Assembly (NCBI GenBank): GCA_017624275.1
Contig: JAGANG010000078.1
Coordinates: 45,118 to 109,117 of the forward strand
Origin: Spirochaetales bacterium
GTDB taxonomy: Bacteria; Spirochaetota; GWE2-31-10
Length of the DNA: 64,000 bases
Direction: 5' to 3'
The notes under the pieces were generated by a model. It had not been told where the DNA came from, did no database searches, and saw only the letters and a list, made by a program, of their open reading frames with translations. The translations under genes and the position numbers were made by a program. The stretch's first letter is position 1; each line of letters begins with the position of its first letter. This document shows positions 1-9,527 of the stretch, in pieces.

Positions 1-34
1 TTTATTTATATTTTTTTTTACATAGGATTGTGAC

Positions 35-1504
35 ATGGATTATTCAATTTTCTGGACAGGAATACAAAATTATTTATTAAAACAAGATGTTCCAGATATG
101 TTTTTAAATCAACTACAGTATTATTCTTTTTTAGAAAAGGAAAAAAGTTTGACTTTGGTCACACCTAACGATTTCTTAAAAGATTTTATTAATTCCAATT
201 ATAAACAAACTATTGAAAATGCACTTTTGCAGTGTTGGAATCAAAAAATTACTATTGAAATAGTAGTTAATTCGGATTCTTTCATAGCAGAACCTCAAAA
301 AGTAGCAATATCACCTAAAGAAGAAAAAATTACTTTAAATAGACAAGAAGATAATTTTCCGCAAAACAATGCAATTATAAAGGAAGAAATTAAGCTACCT
401 TTACCAGAAAAAGAAGAAACAAAAACTATTATGATAGAAGAAAAGCAACAAAGAATAACCGAATCGGATATTGACGAAGAATGTACTTTCGATTCTTTTT
501 TAACAGATGATACGAATGAATATGCTTTTAGATTGGCACAAACTATTGCCGAAGAACCGGGAAATCCAAAGAGAAACCCTCTATTTTTATGGGGTGAAAG
601 TGGGACAGGAAAAACACATTTAATAAAGGCTATAAAACAACGAGCAGAAAAGTTATTTGAACAAAAGAAAATTATTTATGTTACTTCTGAAAATTTTCTT
701 AATGAATTTTTAGATTCCATCAGAAATAAAGAACAAGATAAACCTAAAATATTCAGAGAAAAATACAGAACCTTAGATATTTTACTTCTTGACGATTTCC
801 AAGCTTTATCAGGAAAGACTGCTTGTCTTAATGAATTATTTAATACTTTTAATGAGCTTTATGACAATAAAACTCAAATGGTTATTACTTGTGATCAACC
901 TATATCCAAAGTAAAGGATGTTGAAAAAAGAATAAAAAGCCGTTTCAGTATGGGAACAACTGTAGAATTGAAACAACCTGACTATGAATTAAAAATGGCA
1001 ATATTAAAAGATTTGGCATTTCAAAATAATATGGAAATAACACTTCAAAATATAGAATATATTTGTACTAATATTTCCGGTAATATAAGAGAAATAAAAG
1101 GAGCTTTCAAAGACCTTTTATCATATACCAGTATAATGAAAATAAAAGAAATAACAATTGATGTTATAAACAAGTGTTTAAAAAATAATTTAACAGCAAT
1201 CAAAGCGGTAGGTTCTATTTCTATAGATAAAATAATGGAAATAGTTGCAAATTATTATGATTTAACAGTTTTAGATATACGTGGTAATAAAAGACCCAAA
1301 TCTATAGCTATAGCAAGACAAATAGCTATGTACCTAAGTACTCAATACACCAGACTTTCCACAACACAAATAGGAAAATATTTTAATAGAGAACATGGTA
1401 CTATTATATATGCAGCTAAAACTATAAAAGAACGAATGGATATAGATAAAAAATTAAAATCAGAAGTTATAAATATTGAAAACAGAATAAAAGAAGGAAT
1501 ATAA
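35..1504 (+). CDS. dnaA: chromosomal replication initiator DnaA
   Basis: 489 aa. AAA+ Walker A GESGTGKTHL, Walker B LLLDDFQ, C-terminal DnaA-box-binding helix-turn-helix. Begins the dnaA-dnaN-recF block. Confidence 0.95.
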   Translation: MDYSIFWTGIQNYLLKQDVPDMFLNQLQYYSFLEKEKSLTLVTPNDFLKDFINSNYKQTIENALLQCWNQKITIEIVVNSDSFIAEPQKVAISPKEEKITLNRQEDNFPQNNAIIKEEIKLPLPEKEETKTIMIEEKQQRITESDIDEECTFDSFLTDDTNEYAFRLAQTIAEEPGNPKRNPLFLWGESGTGKTHLIKAIKQRAEKLFEQKKIIYVTSENFLNEFLDSIRNKEQDKPKIFREKYRTLDILLLDDFQALSGKTACLNELFNTFNELYDNKTQMVITCDQPISKVKDVEKRIKSRFSMGTTVELKQPDYELKMAILKDLAFQNNMEITLQNIEYICTNISGNIREIKGAFKDLLSYTSIMKIKEITIDVINKCLKNNLTAIKAVGSISIDKIMEIVANYYDLTVLDIRGNKRPKSIAIARQIAMYLSTQYTRLSTTQIGKYFNREHGTIIYAAKTIKERMDIDKKLKSEVINIENRIKEGI

Positions 1505-1749
1505 AAACAAAAAAATATTGACTATAAGTTGTTCAATTCGAATAAATAAAATGTTAAAAAGGGAGTTTCTGTTAATAATGTTAATAAGTTGAAAATGTCA
1601 TAAACAAGTTTTCATTAATGGTAAATTGGCTATATAAAACTATTTATCCATGTTATAAACATATCAACAGGAACTACTATTACTTCTTCTAAATTTATAT
1701 AAATTTAGAAATAATAGAGAAAGTAAATAACTAATACGAAGGAGCAACA

Positions 1750-2859
1750 ATGAAATTTTTCTGTTCACTTGAAAGTCTTAACAAAATACTCGGTATATGC
1801 GAAAGCGTAATATCTTCCAAAAACAGCATAACAATACTGTCAAACATACATATTAAGGCAAAAGATAATCAATTAACAATAAAAGCATGCGATACATTGA
1901 TTAGTTTTTACGGAGAAATAGGAGCAGATGTAGAAGAAGAAGGCGAAATTTGTTTAAACTCAAACAAACTCTATTCTATTGCAAGAAAATTACCTTCTGA
2001 TGAAATTGAAATACATAGTGATTCAGATTTAAATATACAAATAAAAGCTAAAGGCAAAAATACTTTGCGTTACAATCTAAAAGGTATATCTCCTGATAAA
2101 TTTCCTGAAATCCTTGATACTTCTAGTGTTAATTATTTCAGTATACCTAAACAGATTTTTGCAGATATGGTAAACAAAACAAAATTTGCAGTATCACAAA
2201 ATGATAACAGAAAATTTGCCATAGGAACTCTTTTTGAATACGAAGAAGGTAAACTAAGAATGGTTACCACTGATGGAAAAAGATTAGCAAAGATAGAAAA
2301 GAATGTAGATGTCAAAAATTCATTCTCTAAAGTCGTTGTACCGCCTAAAATATTACAAGAAGCTCTAAAAATATGTAACGGCGATGATAAAGGCGACCTA
2401 AAAATAGGTATCACCGAAAAAGAAATTTTCATTAATGTCGATAATTGTTTCTTTATTTCAAATCTTTTAGATTCTGGGTTCCCTAGTTATCAATCTGTTA
2501 TACCGACAAATTCTTCTAAACAATTCAAAGTCAACAGAAAAGATTTTAAAGATGCAATAGATCGTGTCAGTGTTATGGGAGAAAAAGATACTCACAAAGT
2601 AATTATATCTTTGATGTCTGATAAAATGAAAATCTATAGTGAAAATATGACTTATGGAGACGGTGAAGAAACTATTGATATAGAATATGACAACGAAGAT
2701 ATCAAAATTGCTTTTAATTTTAGTTATATAACTGATGTTATCAGTGTTATCAAAAATGATAATCTTATTTTCAAGTTTAATAATGCATCAAGTACTATTG
2801 TTATTCTTGAAGAGGATAATCAAGATTATATTTATATAATGATGCCAATGAGTGTTTAA
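1750..2859 (+). CDS. dnaN: DNA polymerase III beta sliding clamp
   Basis: 369 aa, three-domain clamp length, immediately downstream of dnaA. RBS aaggag lies 6 nt before the ATG. Confidence 0.93.
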   Translation: MKFFCSLESLNKILGICESVISSKNSITILSNIHIKAKDNQLTIKACDTLISFYGEIGADVEEEGEICLNSNKLYSIARKLPSDEIEIHSDSDLNIQIKAKGKNTLRYNLKGISPDKFPEILDTSSVNYFSIPKQIFADMVNKTKFAVSQNDNRKFAIGTLFEYEEGKLRMVTTDGKRLAKIEKNVDVKNSFSKVVVPPKILQEALKICNGDDKGDLKIGITEKEIFINVDNCFFISNLLDSGFPSYQSVIPTNSSKQFKVNRKDFKDAIDRVSVMGEKDTHKVIISLMSDKMKIYSENMTYGDGEETIDIEYDNEDIKIAFNFSYITDVISVIKNDNLIFKFNNASSTIVILEEDNQDYIYIMMPMSV

Positions 2860-3945
2860 TTGATATTAAATAAATTAAAAGCTTTAAACTTTCGAAATTA
2901 TAAAACTCTCGATTTATCTTTTGATAAAGAAAGAAATATAAATCTTATTGTTGCAAAAAACGGTATGGGAAAATCTAACATGCTGGAAATGCTCTATTAT
3001 CTGTCACATCTTAGAGCATTTCGAAATGCAACAGACAAAGATCTTATTTTACACGGACAAAAGAACTTTCAACTTTTTTGCGAGTATGAAAACAAAGAAA
3101 TTCATGGTAATGTCAGTGTAAAATTTTCAGGTAAAAAAGAAATCCTTCTAAATGAAAAGCGAATAACTAAACATTCTGAAATACTTGGAAAATTACAAAC
3201 AGTTTTTTTCGGAAGCAATGATATTTCTATTATTTCCGGAGCTCCTGCCGAAAGAAGAGTTTATTTTGATATTTTTTTATCAATACTTGATTATGATTAT
3301 CTTGTAGCCTTAAGAACATATAATCTTTTACTAAAGCAAAAAAATGCGGCTATTAAAAGTAAACGTAATGATATTTTATTTTATTTTGATAAACAAATTG
3401 CGGATGTAGCTTTTATTTTAATAAAAAAAAGAGCGTTTTTAGTAGATAAGGTAAGTGTTTTATTTTCCGAATTATTTAAAAATATTGGTGCTTTTAAAGA
3501 TTTAGCTTTACTAAAATATGTATCTTCCTATGAACGAAATTTTAATACATCAAAAGATTTATTAGATTATATTTTGTATCAAGACAAATTTGATTTTGAA
3601 AAAGGCTATTGCATACAAGGCCCGCATAAAGATAATTATTATTTTATTTTGAATAATACTATTTTTTCAAAATACGCATCTTTAGGTCAAATTCGTCTGG
3701 GAGCATTAATATTAAAATTAGTTCAGGCTAAATGCTATGAAAACAAGTTTAAAACAAGTCCTATATTATTATTAGATGATGTGATATTAGAACTTGATAT
3801 AGAAAAACAACAAAAATTTATGAATGAAATTTGTGCAGATTATCAACTTTTTATTACAGTGACAGATGAAAAATATAGAAAATATTTCAATAATCAGAAT
3901 GCAGTAAGGATAATAAAGGTGAATAATGGAGAAGTACTTCAATAA
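2860..3945 (+). CDS. recF: DNA replication/repair protein RecF
   Basis: 361 aa. Walker A AKNGMGKSN and C-terminal LLLDDV signature. TTG start 1 nt after the dnaN stop. Confidence 0.9.
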   Translation: MILNKLKALNFRNYKTLDLSFDKERNINLIVAKNGMGKSNMLEMLYYLSHLRAFRNATDKDLILHGQKNFQLFCEYENKEIHGNVSVKFSGKKEILLNEKRITKHSEILGKLQTVFFGSNDISIISGAPAERRVYFDIFLSILDYDYLVALRTYNLLLKQKNAAIKSKRNDILFYFDKQIADVAFILIKKRAFLVDKVSVLFSELFKNIGAFKDLALLKYVSSYERNFNTSKDLLDYILYQDKFDFEKGYCIQGPHKDNYYFILNNTIFSKYASLGQIRLGALILKLVQAKCYENKFKTSPILLLDDVILELDIEKQQKFMNEICADYQLFITVTDEKYRKYFNNQNAVRIIKVNNGEVLQ

Positions 3946-4252
3946 AAATTTTTATAATATATCTTCTGTAAAAGATGAAATATCTAAACTTCTTAGTAAA
4001 ACAAATAGTTCTGTTTATTATATGTTTAAATTGGAAAATCTAAGAGGTATTTGGATAGATATTGTAGGTGAAAAATTATGTAATCTGACATACCCTGAAT
4101 ATATTTATAAAAATACATTATGTGTTTATTGCAAACATTCAGGATTAATACAAAGTCTAAATTTTTATAAAAATGAAATATTAAAGAAGATACAAAATAA
4201 AATGCCCGAGTTAAAAATTAAGGATATTTATTTTAGTATGAAGAAAAAATAA
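3926..4252 (+). CDS. DUF721 (DciA-like) zinc-ribbon protein
   Basis: 108 aa. Overlaps the recF 3' end by 20 nt. Position after recF and the small size are typical of DUF721/DciA family members. Confidence 0.55.
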   Translation: MEKYFNKNFYNISSVKDEISKLLSKTNSSVYYMFKLENLRGIWIDIVGEKLCNLTYPEYIYKNTLCVYCKHSGLIQSLNFYKNEILKKIQNKMPELKIKDIYFSMKKK

Positions 4253-4342
4253 ATTAGTAAGTATGACTTGACATTTTAGAATATAAAAGATATGTTCCCG
4301 TTAAAATTTTAAAATCAATCATAATGCGGGAGATTTATATAT

Positions 4343-4480
4343 ATGAAAATGACTTATCAACCATCTAAAATTAAGCGAGTAAGAACTCATGGATTCAGAG
4401 CTAGAATGGCTACAAAAAAAGGTCGTTTAGTTTTAAAAAGAAGAAGAGCAAAAGGCAGAAAACAATTAACAAGAGTTTAA
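4343..4480 (+). CDS. rpmH: 50S ribosomal protein L34
   Basis: 45-aa ORF not in the supplied track: [45 protein letters not shown]. Classic L34 sequence, directly upstream of rnpA. Confidence 0.92.
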   Translation: MKMTYQPSKIKRVRTHGFRARMATKKGRLVLKRRRAKGRKQLTRV

Positions 4481-4490
4481 TTTAAAGATT

Positions 4491-4835
4491 TTGGAAAAAT
4501 TTAGACGTTGTGAAAGGTTAAAAAAAAAGAAAGATTTTGAAGCTGTATTCAAAAATAAATCTTCTTTTTTTAGAAGAACTTTAAATTATAATTTTGTTGT
4601 TAAAAAAAATTCTATTGGTTTTTTGCGAATGGGAATTGTTGCAAAAAAAAATATAGGATGTGCTGTAATAAGAAATCATGAGAAAAGACTTGTTAGAGAA
4701 TTTTTTAGAAAAATGCAATATTCTAAGTCTCTTTCTTATGATTTTGTTTGTATTATAAAAAAGAGTTCTTTTTCCGATAAAGAAAAAGCTTTGGATTTTT
4801 ATGCGTTTATAGAAAGTTTGCAGAGGGGGATATAA
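4491..4835 (+). CDS. rnpA: RNase P protein component
   Basis: 114 aa, basic. Canonical rpmH-rnpA-yidD-yidC order. TTG start. Confidence 0.8.
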   Translation: MEKFRRCERLKKKKDFEAVFKNKSSFFRRTLNYNFVVKKNSIGFLRMGIVAKKNIGCAVIRNHEKRLVREFFRKMQYSKSLSYDFVCIIKKSSFSDKEKALDFYAFIESLQRGI

Positions 4836-4855
4836 TAAAAAAAGTTATTCTTTTT

Positions 4856-5044
4856 ATGATATTCCTTTATCAACATTATATATCCCCACTTTTCCCATCA
4901 TCATGTCGGTTTTACCCCTCTTGTTCAGAATATGCAAAGCAGGCTTTTTTAAAGTATAATTTCGTTAAAGCTTTAGTTTTAACTATATGGCGTATTTTAC
5001 GTTGTAACCCCTTTTCTAAAGGCGGATATGATCCTTTACCATAA
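4856..5044 (+). CDS. yidD: membrane protein insertion efficiency factor YidD
   Basis: 62 aa with the conserved YQ.YISP..P..CRF.PSCS.YA motif. Confidence 0.85.
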   Translation: MIFLYQHYISPLFPSSCRFYPSCSEYAKQAFLKYNFVKALVLTIWRILRCNPFSKGGYDPLP

Positions 5045-5055
5045 AGAGGAAATGT

Positions 5056-6798
5056 ATGGATAGTGCAAATAAAACATTTTTTTTAATGGTTGTTTTAACC
5101 ATGGTTTGTTTTGGTATTACTTTGTACCAATTTTTTAATCCTGTAAAAGATAATGTTGTACAAAATCAAGAAAATCTTAATCTAAATGAAAATAACGAAA
5201 TTAATATATCTGATAAAAAAACAGAATTTTCATTAAAAAATGAAGTGTCTGTATTAAACGAAAAGATTACATATGAAAGTGATAAATTGAAAGTTGTATT
5301 TAATGCGAATAGCGGAGATATAGCGAATATTTTTATTAAAACTTCAGATGATAAATCTTTTGATATAGTAAAAGGTAACGCATTAAATAATGCATTAAAA
5401 TTAAAACTTGGTTCATGGAAAGACGGTGTAGATTTGAATACTTTATTTGATAAAGATTCAATTTATACTTTTTCTAAAGAGAATAATAAGTTTAAATTTG
5501 CATGTGAGTTTAGTTCAGGAATAGATGAAGAAGAAATAGTTTATACATTAGAAAAAATATATACCTTTTATGAAGGTGAAAATTTATTTCATGTAGACTT
5601 AAAATTGTCTAATAATAAAAATAAATCAATGCGATTTGATTCATCTTCTAATGTGTTTTCTTTAGGTTGGGGACCTAGTTTAGGTGTAAGTTCTAATAAA
5701 AATGGTAAAAAAGATGAACGTTATGAACAGTTTAGATATATGTCTAAAGATAAAATTATCAATCTTAATCCTAAACATAAAATATTTAGAGGTACTAATG
5801 GTTTAGTTTCTTTTAGAAAATCATTGAAAGATTCATGGTTAGTATCTGACAGTCATTATTTTACATCTGTTATTATTCCTGATGGTAATGAATATGATTA
5901 TTTTTTTGACTATAGTAAGTCGTCTGATAATTTATATTATTGCGGATTTTCTCTTGTTTCAGATAAATCTGTAATTGAGACTGGATTTAATATTTATTGT
6001 GGACCTAAATCAGGAAAGATATTAAAGAAATATGATGATTTTAAAAACGAAGATGTTTATTTATCGAAAACTGAAATATCTAAAATTGATCCTCCTATAG
6101 TATGGGGATTGGGTAATTTATTAGCTTGGTGTTTAAAAATATTATATTCAGTGGTAAAAAATTATGGACTTGCCATAATAATATTAACAATAATCTTAAA
6201 GCTTATTTTGGCTCCTTTAATGATGAACAGCATGAAAAATTCACAAAAAATGCAATTGTTACAACCTAAGTTAAAGGAATTACAAGTAAAATATAAAGAT
6301 AAACCGGAAATGTTAAGCCAAAAGACAATGGAATTGTATAGAAAAGCCGGTATTAGCCCGATGTCCGGATGTTTACCTATGTTACTGCAAATGCCGTTTT
6401 TGTTTGCTATGTATCAATTGTTGGATAGAATGTTTGAACTTAAAGGTGCGACTTTTTTATGGATAAAAGACTTGGCTATGCCGGATGCTTTAATTAATTT
6501 TGGTTTTACAATACCTTTGTTAAATATTGATTCTTTAAATATATTACCTATAATAATGGTTGTTTCTCAAGTTTTTCAAAGTTTACTTACTCCTGGAATG
6601 GGAAATAATCCGCAAGCAAAAATGATGATTTGGCTTATGCCGTTAATGTTTTTCTTTTTCTTTTACAATGTATCTTCAGGTTTAGTTTTGTATTGGACTA
6701 TAATGAATCTACTTGGTATTGCTCAGCAAATGTTTATGAATAAAACTTTAGCTGTTTCTGATAATACAGTTAATGATAAAGTGAAAAAGAAAAAATAG
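5056..6798 (+). CDS. yidC: membrane protein insertase YidC
   Basis: 580 aa. N-terminal TM helix, large periplasmic domain, C-terminal 5-TM 60-kDa insertase core (PMLLQMPFLFAMY). Confidence 0.9.
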   Translation: MDSANKTFFLMVVLTMVCFGITLYQFFNPVKDNVVQNQENLNLNENNEINISDKKTEFSLKNEVSVLNEKITYESDKLKVVFNANSGDIANIFIKTSDDKSFDIVKGNALNNALKLKLGSWKDGVDLNTLFDKDSIYTFSKENNKFKFACEFSSGIDEEEIVYTLEKIYTFYEGENLFHVDLKLSNNKNKSMRFDSSSNVFSLGWGPSLGVSSNKNGKKDERYEQFRYMSKDKIINLNPKHKIFRGTNGLVSFRKSLKDSWLVSDSHYFTSVIIPDGNEYDYFFDYSKSSDNLYYCGFSLVSDKSVIETGFNIYCGPKSGKILKKYDDFKNEDVYLSKTEISKIDPPIVWGLGNLLAWCLKILYSVVKNYGLAIIILTIILKLILAPLMMNSMKNSQKMQLLQPKLKELQVKYKDKPEMLSQKTMELYRKAGISPMSGCLPMLLQMPFLFAMYQLLDRMFELKGATFLWIKDLAMPDALINFGFTIPLLNIDSLNILPIIMVVSQVFQSLLTPGMGNNPQAKMMIWLMPLMFFFFFYNVSSGLVLYWTIMNLLGIAQQMFMNKTLAVSDNTVNDKVKKKK

Positions 6799-6837
6799 AA
6801 TAAGAAAAAAATTCTCTAAATAAAAGGAGTTTCTTAT

Positions 6838-7479
6838 ATGATAGAAAGAGATTTTACTGGAAAATCAGAAGATGAAGTAATTTCTGCGGCTCTTGATATA
6901 TTAAAGTTAAAAAGAGATCAAGTTGAAATTAAAGTAGAAAATAAGGGTGGTTTTTTAGGGCTTGGAAAAAAAGAAGTTTGCGTGAAAATTTCTTATGATG
7001 AAGATTTATCTTTTGCAAATCGTAGTTTGATGCTTGTTAAAGATTTATTAGAAAGAATGGATATTGAAGCAAAGATTTACTTGATGGAAGAAGATGATGA
7101 AAAAGTATTGATTGATATTGATGCTAAAGATGATTCTGCTATTTTAATAGGTAAACAGGGAAAAACTCTTGAAGCTATCCAAACTATAGTAAATGTTATA
7201 ATGAACAAAGATTACTCTGTATGGACAAAAATTATAATTGATACTTGCGGATACAGAGAAAGAAGAGAAAGAAGTTTAAAAAAGATAGCTCAAGATGCAG
7301 CAAAACAAGTAAAAAGAGATAAAAAATCAATATTATTAGAGCCTATGAATCCTTTTGAAAGAAGAATAATTCATATGACATTAAAAAATGTTGAACAAAT
7401 AGATACAATATCAGAAGGAGAAGGGACTATAAAACGAGTAAAAGTTCTTTTTCAGGAAGAGGTTATTGAAAATCAATAA
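6838..7479 (+). CDS. jag: RNA-binding protein Jag/KhpB (KH + R3H domains)
   Basis: 213 aa. KH-like GKQGKTLEAIQ, R3H-like LEPMNPFERRIIHM. Follows yidC as in many bacteria. Confidence 0.85.
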   Translation: MIERDFTGKSEDEVISAALDILKLKRDQVEIKVENKGGFLGLGKKEVCVKISYDEDLSFANRSLMLVKDLLERMDIEAKIYLMEEDDEKVLIDIDAKDDSAILIGKQGKTLEAIQTIVNVIMNKDYSVWTKIIIDTCGYRERRERSLKKIAQDAAKQVKRDKKSILLEPMNPFERRIIHMTLKNVEQIDTISEGEGTIKRVKVLFQEEVIENQ

Positions 7480-7490
7480 TTCTATAAATA

Positions 7491-7524
7491 GAAAGTAGGA
7501 TTTTATAATCCTACTTTTTTTATT
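7491..7524 (+). terminator. rho-independent terminator after jag
   Basis: Hairpin aagtaggatt-ttat-aatcctactt followed by a T7 run. Confidence 0.6.
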
Positions 7525-7535
7525 GGGAGTGCAAA

Positions 7536-8195
7536 TTGTTTGAAAAAAATAAAAAAATTATAGCGTTTTCTTTTTTTAATTCGTTATTGAGTTCTTTTTT
7601 AGATAATCGTGATATTTCATTTTTAAGATGTGATTTACGTGAAGTAGCCAATTTATTAAATAAAAAAAAGATATCTTCTTTAAAAGAAGAGGATATAAAA
7701 ACATTAACAAGTTCTTATAACGGAAAAATTCCATTGTCTGTAGATGTTCCTTTGTTTTCTTTACTATCTAAGAATGAAATAAGTTTGGAAAAAATGTTAG
7801 CTTTAGCAGAAGTAACAAATGCAGATTATTTATCTATAGATTTAAGCTATTTTGATTTTGATATTATAAAAAAAGGTTGTTCTTTAGGAATGAAGTTTAT
7901 CGGATATTCAACTTATAAAGAATCTAATGCTGATTTTATAAAAGAGAAAGCTATAGAATTTCAGGCAGCAGGCGGAAAATTATTAATATTGGAAGAATTC
8001 CCTGATGATTTTATTCAAATGATTCATTCTACGGTAAAGTGTCCGGTAATTTCAGATAAAGGAAAAAATTGCGACGGAAGTTATATCAGAATAGATAAAA
8101 TGCTTGGACTTACTGATAATGAGAATAGCGATATAAATATGAAAAAAATATTGCTAGATATTGTTGATGAAAAGATATTTAAGATAAAAAAATGA
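7536..8195 (+). CDS. PanB-like (ketopantoate hydroxymethyltransferase-like) protein, N-terminally short
   Basis: 219 aa. C-terminal half resembles the PanB motif GAGPDCDGQVLVxHDMLGL (here DKGKNCDGSYIRIDKMLGL). Shorter than canonical PanB (about 264 aa). Confidence 0.45.
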   Translation: MFEKNKKIIAFSFFNSLLSSFLDNRDISFLRCDLREVANLLNKKKISSLKEEDIKTLTSSYNGKIPLSVDVPLFSLLSKNEISLEKMLALAEVTNADYLSIDLSYFDFDIIKKGCSLGMKFIGYSTYKESNADFIKEKAIEFQAAGGKLLILEEFPDDFIQMIHSTVKCPVISDKGKNCDGSYIRIDKMLGLTDNENSDINMKKILLDIVDEKIFKIKK

Positions 8196-9520
8196 CTAAG
8201 ATAAAAAAAAGATTTGCATGCAATGAATGTGGTTATGTTTCTGGGGCGTGGATGGGTAAATGCCCGGAATGTAACAGTTGGAACTCTTTTGTAGAAGAAA
8301 TAATATCTAATAATGTGGATGTATCACATTCAAAAGATAATAAAGAAACCCAACTTCCAGTAAAAATACAAGAAGTTCAAAATCTAGATGAAGATATTTT
8401 TATTCTTGATAATGATAATATAAATATTTTTTTTGGTTCAGGAATTGTACCTGGATCTGTAATTTTATTGTCAGGTGAACCAGGAGTAGGTAAATCGACT
8501 TTTCTTTTTTTATTGGCAAAATATATCAAGAGATCTAAAAAAATATATTATTTTTCCGGTGAAGAATCTGTAAATCAAATAAAAAAAAGATTTGACCGTG
8601 TAGGAGCTTCTGACTCTTCATTATTTGTTTCTAATATTTCACAAGTTGAAAAGATAAATGAAATTTGTCAAAAAGAAAAGCCTATGTTTGTATTTGTAGA
8701 TTCTATTCAAACATGTTTTTCCTCAGAAGTAGATTCTGCACAAGGGACTATATCTCAAATAAAAAAATGTACTCAAATCTTGATAGATTATGCAAAAATG
8801 TCCAATGCTGTTGTAATAATAGTTTGCCATGTAACCAAATCGGGAGAAATAGCCGGTCCAAAAATAATGGAACATATGGTAGATGTTGTTACGTATTTTG
8901 AAAGTGATTATAAAAATCAATTTAGAATATTACGTTCACGAAAAAATAGATTTGGTAATATTGATGAAATACTTGTATTTGAAATGAAAGAAAACGGACT
9001 TGATATTATCGATAATCCATCGTCTTTTTTTATAGAAAGTGAAAATCTAGAAGATTCATCAATAGGTAAATGCAAATGCGTTATTATAGAAGGTAAAAGA
9101 CCGGTAATTGTGGATATTGAAGCTTTAGTTGTTCCTTCTGCGTATCCTATGCCAAAAAGATTTTCAGAAGGAATAGATGTTTCCAGAATAAATCGTATAT
9201 TAGCTATAATAGATAAACATTTAAATGAAAATTTTAATAATTATGATGTTTATACTAATATATCAGGTGGTATAAGAACGTCTGATATAGGTATAGATTT
9301 AGCTATAGCCGTAGCAATGATTTCATCAAAGAAACAGAAGCCAATCAAGAATGATAATGTTTTTATAGGTGAATTGTCTTTGACCGGCGGAATAAAAAAA
9401 GTAAATCAAATTGAAAAAAGAATAAAAGAAGCTATGCGTTTTGGTTTAAATAACGTTTATTATCAAGATGAAAAAAATCAAATAAAGGGAATAATTTTTT
9501 TGAAAGATTATTTTCAGTAG
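8192..9520 (+). CDS. radA: DNA repair protein RadA/Sms
   Basis: 442 aa. N-terminal C4 zinc ribbon CNECG..CPECNSW, RecA-like Walker A GEPGVGKST, C-terminal Lon-protease-like domain. Confidence 0.9.
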   Translation: MTKIKKRFACNECGYVSGAWMGKCPECNSWNSFVEEIISNNVDVSHSKDNKETQLPVKIQEVQNLDEDIFILDNDNINIFFGSGIVPGSVILLSGEPGVGKSTFLFLLAKYIKRSKKIYYFSGEESVNQIKKRFDRVGASDSSLFVSNISQVEKINEICQKEKPMFVFVDSIQTCFSSEVDSAQGTISQIKKCTQILIDYAKMSNAVVIIVCHVTKSGEIAGPKIMEHMVDVVTYFESDYKNQFRILRSRKNRFGNIDEILVFEMKENGLDIIDNPSSFFIESENLEDSSIGKCKCVIIEGKRPVIVDIEALVVPSAYPMPKRFSEGIDVSRINRILAIIDKHLNENFNNYDVYTNISGGIRTSDIGIDLAIAVAMISSKKQKPIKNDNVFIGELSLTGGIKKVNQIEKRIKEAMRFGLNNVYYQDEKNQIKGIIFLKDYFQ

Positions 9521-9527
9521 GATTGTT

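Noticed and set aside
2133-2432. Antisense ORF inside dnaN; similar antisense ORFs inside radA, carB, argD, groEL, glyA and others
   Set aside because: Each is fully embedded in a well-supported gene on the opposite strand and has no homology or signals. These are typical AT-rich-genome antisense ORFs.
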